In this document: one piece after another, positions 15,549 to 20,000 of the stretch
Numbering within the stretch: position 1 is the stretch's first letter
How the letters are laid out: each line of letters begins with the position of its first letter
Origin: an uncultured virus (IMG/VR IMGVR_UViG_3300031963_009771)
Taxonomy: Duplodnaviria > Heunggongvirae > Uroviricota > Caudoviricetes
Length of the DNA stretch: 20,000 nucleotides
Reading direction: 5' to 3' (one strand)
IMG/VR virus record: IMGVR_UViG_3300031963_009771
Span: 53,214-73,213 of that record
Notes under the pieces: model-generated
What the model was told of the DNA's origin: nothing
Databases searched by the model: none
Seen by the model: the letters and a program-made list of their open reading frames with translations, nothing else
Made by a program: the position numbers and the translations under genes

Positions 15549-17846
15549 ATGAAAAAACTATTTGTTACAACTATACTTTTATTAATTTCTTTTTTTGGGT
15601 TTGGGCAGTCAATAACGACACCCGAACCCAAAACATTTACACTTAATACTGCTGGACAAGATGCTAGTGGTTTTGTGTTAAGTGGATTTGGTGCAACCGA
15701 AACTCTATTAGTTGCAATCGGATTACCAACTGCACCAACCGGCACAACTTTTTATATGACCCGATTTGATGGTATGACACCAGCAACGGGTTTTAATTTT
15801 AGTGGTAATAAGACCCGTTTAGTTTTTACCGGAACAATGGAAGGCATTAACATCGCATTATCTACCTTAAAAATAAACACAACGGGAACTGCCGGTAACA
15901 TACAAATATCTGTATCAGCAACCGTAAATCCTTCGGGTTATTTCTACAATCCAAACAATGGACACTTTTATAGACCAATATCAACGGGAGCAACTTATAC
16001 AAATGCAAAAACATTATCATCACAACAAACATTTAAAGGTCAAACTGGATATCTTGTAACAATAACTTCTGCGGATGAAGATGCTTTTATTTTTAATAAT
16101 GTACCACAAAGTAATATATGGTTTGCATTAACAGATGAAGTGACAGAAGCTCAATGGAAAATAGATGCGGGTCCTGAGGCTGGAACTCTTATCAAAACAT
16201 CAAATGGACAAACCGCAGGAAACATACAAGGTCAATACAATAACTGGGCAGGTGGTGAACCAAATAACAGTGGTAACGAAGATTACGCTGTAACTAAATG
16301 GGGTGGTGGTTCTCAATGGAACGATTTACCAAACCATTTCAGTTGTGCTTATGTAATTGAATTTGGAACTTGGACAAATCCCGATGACCAGACATTTACT
16401 GAATTCGTTTCTAATAGTGTTATACATTCAAACGGAAACACATTAAGAGCACAATTCACATTTAATTTCGGAAGTAATATAGATGAAACTAAATTTAAAT
16501 CAAAAATTATAACATCCACCGATGATATAACATACAATACAAACAATGCTTTAGTTGCACTTAATGGTATTGGTAGAGTAGATTTAACATCACAAATAGA
16601 TACCTCAACAATTGTAGGTAGTGGATTTAAAGCAACAATCAATCCAGGTCAGGTTGAGTATTCATATACAAATCCAAATGCAAGTTGGTTAGGTGGTAAT
16701 TCTCGATTACTAATTGATATGAGAACATTTGGTAGCACTGTTCCTTCAACAATTACAAATGTAAAAATATTTGATGCTTATGATGGACCGGTAACTTTTA
16801 TAAGTAGTGATGCGGCTTGGGCTCAGTATAATGTTCCTTCACCACTTACAAAAATAACCGATGGAACATCTGCTTTTAACGCTAATATAAGAAATGTAAA
16901 TGGATGGAATACCGATTATGCTTTTACATCAAATCCAACATTTGGACAAAATCGAATAAACAAATACCATAAAATTTCTATGGAGATTACACAAAGTGAT
17001 TTACTTACCTTATTGGGAAGTGTGATTACTGTTGGTGATGTTTATTTGGCATTTAAAGAATTTGCAGATAGGGGTATATTAGGAGATGAAAGTAAGTATT
17101 TTACTTCTGGTATTCAATTTCATAATGCGGATGTAAATGATGATGGGGTATTTGATGAGAGAGATTGTTACACATTATTAACACATTTGCAAGGCACAAC
17201 TTCTTTATGGCCAAATCCACCGGCATTAGGTGATATAATGAAGATTGTAACATCAACGGCGTATGATGGTATTACAAAACAAAATTGGAATACATACACA
17301 GGAATTACGAGATATAGATACCCATTCGCGTTTGCAAGTGGTATTCTAAATTCATATAATTTAGATGTTACTTGGAAGGGTGATGTAAACCTTTCTCATT
17401 CTTCTCAACCAACAGGATTTGTAACATCAGCAAATAGTTCAGTTTCAGAAATAAAATCTATGGCTGTATCATCTAATTCAATAGGAGATGTTGAAGCAGA
17501 AATTATGATGGAAAAAGTTGGTGATAGTGTTATTGCAACAATTGAATTAAATCCAAATGGTAATCAAATAGGAGCAACTCAATTTGATATGTTTTTTGAT
17601 AATTCAGTATTAGAATTTAGTTCAATACAATTTAGTAATACCAATTCTACAAACTTCGGTAGGAATAACGGCTCAACCATCAGCATTGGTAGTTTAAATA
17701 CCTCTGGTGGAACGATTTCTAATATAGGGTATAAAGTTACATTTAAACCAAAGACAACCGTTACAAACCTATTAGGATTGATTTCTGTAAAAAGTGTTGA
17801 AACTCTTAATACATCATTAAATAAAATAAATGTAAAAGTATTGTAA
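15549..17846 (+). CDS. Secreted C-type lectin + dockerin-like + cohesin-like protein
   Basis: Sec signal ...SFFGFG|Q. Lectin at ~15942-16367 (NGHFY, GYLVTITSADED, WFALTD, YNNWAGGEPNN, WND, YVIEF). Ca-loop DVNDDGVFDERD at 17130-17165. C-terminal IGATQFDMFFDNSVLEF...ISIGSL...KVTFKPK. Confidence 0.8.
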   Translation: MKKLFVTTILLLISFFGFGQSITTPEPKTFTLNTAGQDASGFVLSGFGATETLLVAIGLPTAPTGTTFYMTRFDGMTPATGFNFSGNKTRLVFTGTMEGINIALSTLKINTTGTAGNIQISVSATVNPSGYFYNPNNGHFYRPISTGATYTNAKTLSSQQTFKGQTGYLVTITSADEDAFIFNNVPQSNIWFALTDEVTEAQWKIDAGPEAGTLIKTSNGQTAGNIQGQYNNWAGGEPNNSGNEDYAVTKWGGGSQWNDLPNHFSCAYVIEFGTWTNPDDQTFTEFVSNSVIHSNGNTLRAQFTFNFGSNIDETKFKSKIITSTDDITYNTNNALVALNGIGRVDLTSQIDTSTIVGSGFKATINPGQVEYSYTNPNASWLGGNSRLLIDMRTFGSTVPSTITNVKIFDAYDGPVTFISSDAAWAQYNVPSPLTKITDGTSAFNANIRNVNGWNTDYAFTSNPTFGQNRINKYHKISMEITQSDLLTLLGSVITVGDVYLAFKEFADRGILGDESKYFTSGIQFHNADVNDDGVFDERDCYTLLTHLQGTTSLWPNPPALGDIMKIVTSTAYDGITKQNWNTYTGITRYRYPFAFASGILNSYNLDVTWKGDVNLSHSSQPTGFVTSANSSVSEIKSMAVSSNSIGDVEAEIMMEKVGDSVIATIELNPNGNQIGATQFDMFFDNSVLEFSSIQFSNTNSTNFGRNNGSTISIGSLNTSGGTISNIGYKVTFKPKTTVTNLLGLISVKSVETLNTSLNKINVKVL

Positions 17847-18736
17847 TGAGAAAACTAATAATCATATTATCCTTACTTTGTATAACTTTTGTTTCAACCG
17901 CACAAATCCAAAAACCGGATACATTACAATTATCTCCAAAAGAATTGTTTGGTGAAAGCGATGATTGGAACGATGTGGGTATATTACAATCTTATATTGA
18001 TTTTTCAAAAGATGTTCTTTCATCATCAAACCTTTCAGTTGGTATAATTGGAAAGCAGGTATCCACAACTCTTAATTTAGGATATAGTAAATCATCTCTG
18101 AATGGTAAGTGGATACATTCATTCTCAACATCAATAAATCCTATATGGAAATACTACGGTGTTGGTTATGGTTTTAGTAGAAATACCGATAAGAGAACAA
18201 CTACATTACAAACATTCTATTCAACCGATTTTGATTTCCAAAAAGATATTAACTTTTCGTTTATAGATGTATTCAGAACTAAAAAGTGGGGAACATTTGG
18301 ATATAGCTTAATAGCATCAAAAACATATTGGGATTCATATCAAGGTGAATGGGAAGGAAAATATACAGTAAATGCAAATGGTGATTTTTTAGATTTGATT
18401 TATCCCCAAATGCCAGCATCATCCGAAACAACATATAAAGGGATGTTAATGTACACATATACAATTAAAACAAAAAGAGTTAATATATCACCACAAATAT
18501 TTGCTATGAGTGATGTGTATGTAGACTTTAAAGATGGTGAAACTGATTTTGGATATAAAAACGATTTTAATTTAGACCTGTATTATGGAACATCATTTGA
18601 TTGGAAAATAACTAAAAGGTTTATATTAAACACCAATATAAGATATAATACAACTTGGGATAAATTAAGTGAATCAGTTGGGTTCAAAAAAAGTAACCCA
18701 CTATTATTTATGATAGGAACAAACTTTCAATTTTAG
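17846..18736 (+). CDS. Outer-membrane beta-barrel protein
   Basis: Signal peptide ...FVSTA|Q, many alternating aromatic/polar strands (TTLNLGYSKS, GVGYGFS, LMYTYTIK, YYGTSFDWK, LNTNIRYN) and a C-terminal BAM beta-signal-like end MIGTNFQF. Confidence 0.8.
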   Translation: MRKLIIILSLLCITFVSTAQIQKPDTLQLSPKELFGESDDWNDVGILQSYIDFSKDVLSSSNLSVGIIGKQVSTTLNLGYSKSSLNGKWIHSFSTSINPIWKYYGVGYGFSRNTDKRTTTLQTFYSTDFDFQKDINFSFIDVFRTKKWGTFGYSLIASKTYWDSYQGEWEGKYTVNANGDFLDLIYPQMPASSETTYKGMLMYTYTIKTKRVNISPQIFAMSDVYVDFKDGETDFGYKNDFNLDLYYGTSFDWKITKRFILNTNIRYNTTWDKLSESVGFKKSNPLLFMIGTNFQF

Positions 18737-18739
18737 GAT

Positions 18740-19096
18740 ATGAAATGGAGTAAAATTATAATAATGTGTTGTATGGTTTTTATGATTTCTTGTTATAAAG
18801 AAGAAATAGAGCCAACTCCTCAGCCAAAACCTTTGGTAGATATTTTTACATATACTGAAACATCAGTAAATGATGGACAAGAAATTATGTTTAGATTAAA
18901 TTCAGATAGTTTGTATATAATAAAATTAATTGATAAACCAACGAATCAGGTGGTAAGTAAAGAAAAGATTTTTGGTAAAATTGGTGATAATAAAATAAAG
19001 ATTTACACTAAAACCCTACAAAGTAAATATTTATATTTGGTTTTGGAAAATGTTAATAGAAAAGAATTAAAAAAAACAACATTAATACTTAAATAA
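18740..19096 (+). CDS. Lipoprotein with a small Ig-like (T9SS-CTD-like) domain
   Basis: Lipobox MISC (Cys18) followed by YKEE, then IKLID..NQVVSKE...GDNKIKIYTKTL...YLVL. Confidence 0.75.
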   Translation: MKWSKIIIMCCMVFMISCYKEEIEPTPQPKPLVDIFTYTETSVNDGQEIMFRLNSDSLYIIKLIDKPTNQVVSKEKIFGKIGDNKIKIYTKTLQSKYLYLVLENVNRKELKKTTLILK

Positions 19097-19097
19097 A

Positions 19098-19466
19098 ATG
19101 AAAAAACTATTTTTAATAGCAATTGTAACAATAACCTTAACCGGTTGTTTTAAAGAAGATTTGGTTAATCCAATCGTAAATGTTACACCAGATTTAAAAA
19201 TAGAATCTACTGCTGGTATCAAATTAGCATCATCCTTTGTAACCGATGAGGTAAGTATGAATGTAAAATTAGAATCAGCGGGGACTATTAATGTAAAGAT
19301 TTTAGATATATCTAATAGAGTAGTATCAAAAGAAACTATGAATGTTAGTGCAGGTGATAATATATTAAAAGTATATACGAGAGCTTTACCATCATCAGCA
19401 TATAGAATTGCATTATATAATAGTAATAATGTATTAATTGGTATAACAGATTTTAACAAACTATAA
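19098..19466 (+). CDS. Lipoprotein with T9SS type-A CTD-like Ig domain (paralog of the upstream gene)
   Basis: Lipobox LTGC (Cys17) followed by FKED. INVKILDISNRVV...AGDNILKVYTRALPSSAYRIAL resembles the Por secretion-tail pattern (I.D..G..V...G.N...L..G.Y). Confidence 0.8.
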   Translation: MKKLFLIAIVTITLTGCFKEDLVNPIVNVTPDLKIESTAGIKLASSFVTDEVSMNVKLESAGTINVKILDISNRVVSKETMNVSAGDNILKVYTRALPSSAYRIALYNSNNVLIGITDFNKL

Positions 19467-19477
19467 ATTACAATAAA

Positions 19478-19801
19478 ATGTCAGAAGAATTAGAACAAAA
19501 CAATGATGGAACATGGTCGGGATTAAAAAAGACCATTATAGGGGTTGCAACGACCGCAGTTATGGGTTTAGGAACTTGGGGAGTAACTCAACTAACAGGT
19601 GGGGATAAAGAAGAAGCACCTGTGCAACAAGCAGCTCCAGTAATTAACATTACAAACTCAAACCAACAATCTCAGGCAGCAGGTGGTACAACTAAAATTA
19701 TCGAAAGAGAAAGAGTAGTAGAAAAGCCAGCAGCTGAAAAAGCTAAACCTGCTAAGAAGAAAGAAGGTGATGAATTTAAAGAAGAAGCTCCTAAATGGTA
19801 A
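19478..19801 (+). CDS. Single-pass membrane protein with a low-complexity Q/A/P/K/E tail
   Basis: KKTIIGVATTAVMGLGTWGVTQL hydrophobic segment, then a disordered tail ending in W. Confidence 0.75.
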   Translation: MSEELEQNNDGTWSGLKKTIIGVATTAVMGLGTWGVTQLTGGDKEEAPVQQAAPVINITNSNQQSQAAGGTTKIIERERVVEKPAAEKAKPAKKKEGDEFKEEAPKW

Positions 19802-19807
19802 TAAACT

Positions 19808-20000
19808 ATGAATAATCAACAACCGACTGGATTTAAAGATTTATTAAATGCAATGATGAAACGCAGATGGTTCATTACTGCAATTGTTTTGGGTGGCTTT
19901 ATGGTCATTATTATAGGTATTTTTGCATCTATTGTGGGGCAAACTGCAATTAGTGGAGAGTGGAAAGAACTTCTTCTATTATTGTTAGGTGCTTTCATCG
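19808..20000 (+). CDS. Multi-pass membrane protein (partial, runs off the window)
   Basis: ATG at 19808 is open to the end: MNNQQPTGFKDLLNAMMKRRWFITAIVLGGFMVIIIGIFASIVGQTAISGEWKELLLLLLGAFI. Confidence 0.8.
   Translation, partial: MNNQQPTGFKDLLNAMMKRRWFITAIVLGGFMVIIIGIFASIVGQTAISGEWKELLLLLLGAFI

Noticed and set aside
15942..16367. Diversity-generating retroelement target (C-type lectin fold)
   Set aside because: This is an internal, animal-like EPN/WND lectin, not a C-terminal Mtd/FGE-type domain. No template repeat or reverse transcriptase is seen in the window.
13862..17846. Tail fibre/receptor-binding proteins, a true cellulosome, or T9SS cargo
   Set aside because: Both proteins have clear Sec signal peptides, unlike virion fibres. 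No glycoside hydrolase domain is recognisable, and neither C-terminus shows a T9SS CTD pattern.
2876..19998. All minus-strand ORFs in the track (e.g. 2958-3212, 7932-8177, 15166-15435, 16349-16642, 19082-19459, 19816-19998)
   Set aside because: Each lies antisense to a well-supported + strand gene and has the F/S/I/L-rich composition of shadow frames, with no recognisable motifs.
1..20000. Stop-codon reassignment (code 15 or code 4), as seen in some large phages
   Set aside because: Coding density is already near complete in code 11. TAG ends genes at 45, 7007 and 18736 (the last right after the barrel's terminal Phe), and TGA ends one at 1983.

Overview
AT-rich, densely packed window with all credible genes on the + strand. 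It looks like part of a large (jumbo-type, T4-like) tailed phage whose host is probably a Bacteroidota member. Host clues are a perfect TTTG-N20-TAnnTTTG promoter, a DUF4494-like gene, mostly SD-less A-rich leaders and lipoproteins carrying the Bacteroidota surface-export signal. No core hallmark gene (terminase, major capsid protein) lies inside the window, so the phage call is an inference. There are three blocks. (1) ~1-6.3 kb: probable internal head proteins rich in [ILV]-x-E / ES[VLI]xE motifs, including a 667-aa modular polyprotein whose modules are bounded by in-frame DNA repeats, plus a HAD phosphatase and a 2OG-Fe(II) oxygenase. (2) ~6.3-13.1 kb: accessory genes (two SGNH-like proteins, an AdoMetDC-family decarboxylase, an HTH plus degenerate HNH protein, a cytidylyltransferase, a 7Fe-type ferredoxin, a twitch-type radical SAM protein and a second 2OG oxygenase). 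(3) 13.2 kb to the window end, the most striking part: an operon in which every gene encodes a cell-envelope protein. It holds a membrane-anchored CsgG/TolB-N-like protein, two paralogous secreted cohesin+dockerin-like proteins (one with an EPN/WND C-type lectin), an outer-membrane beta-barrel, two surface-type lipoproteins and two inner-membrane proteins. It is a candidate phage-encoded host-surface display or adhesion system. All family assignments come from reading motifs by eye, not from database searches.
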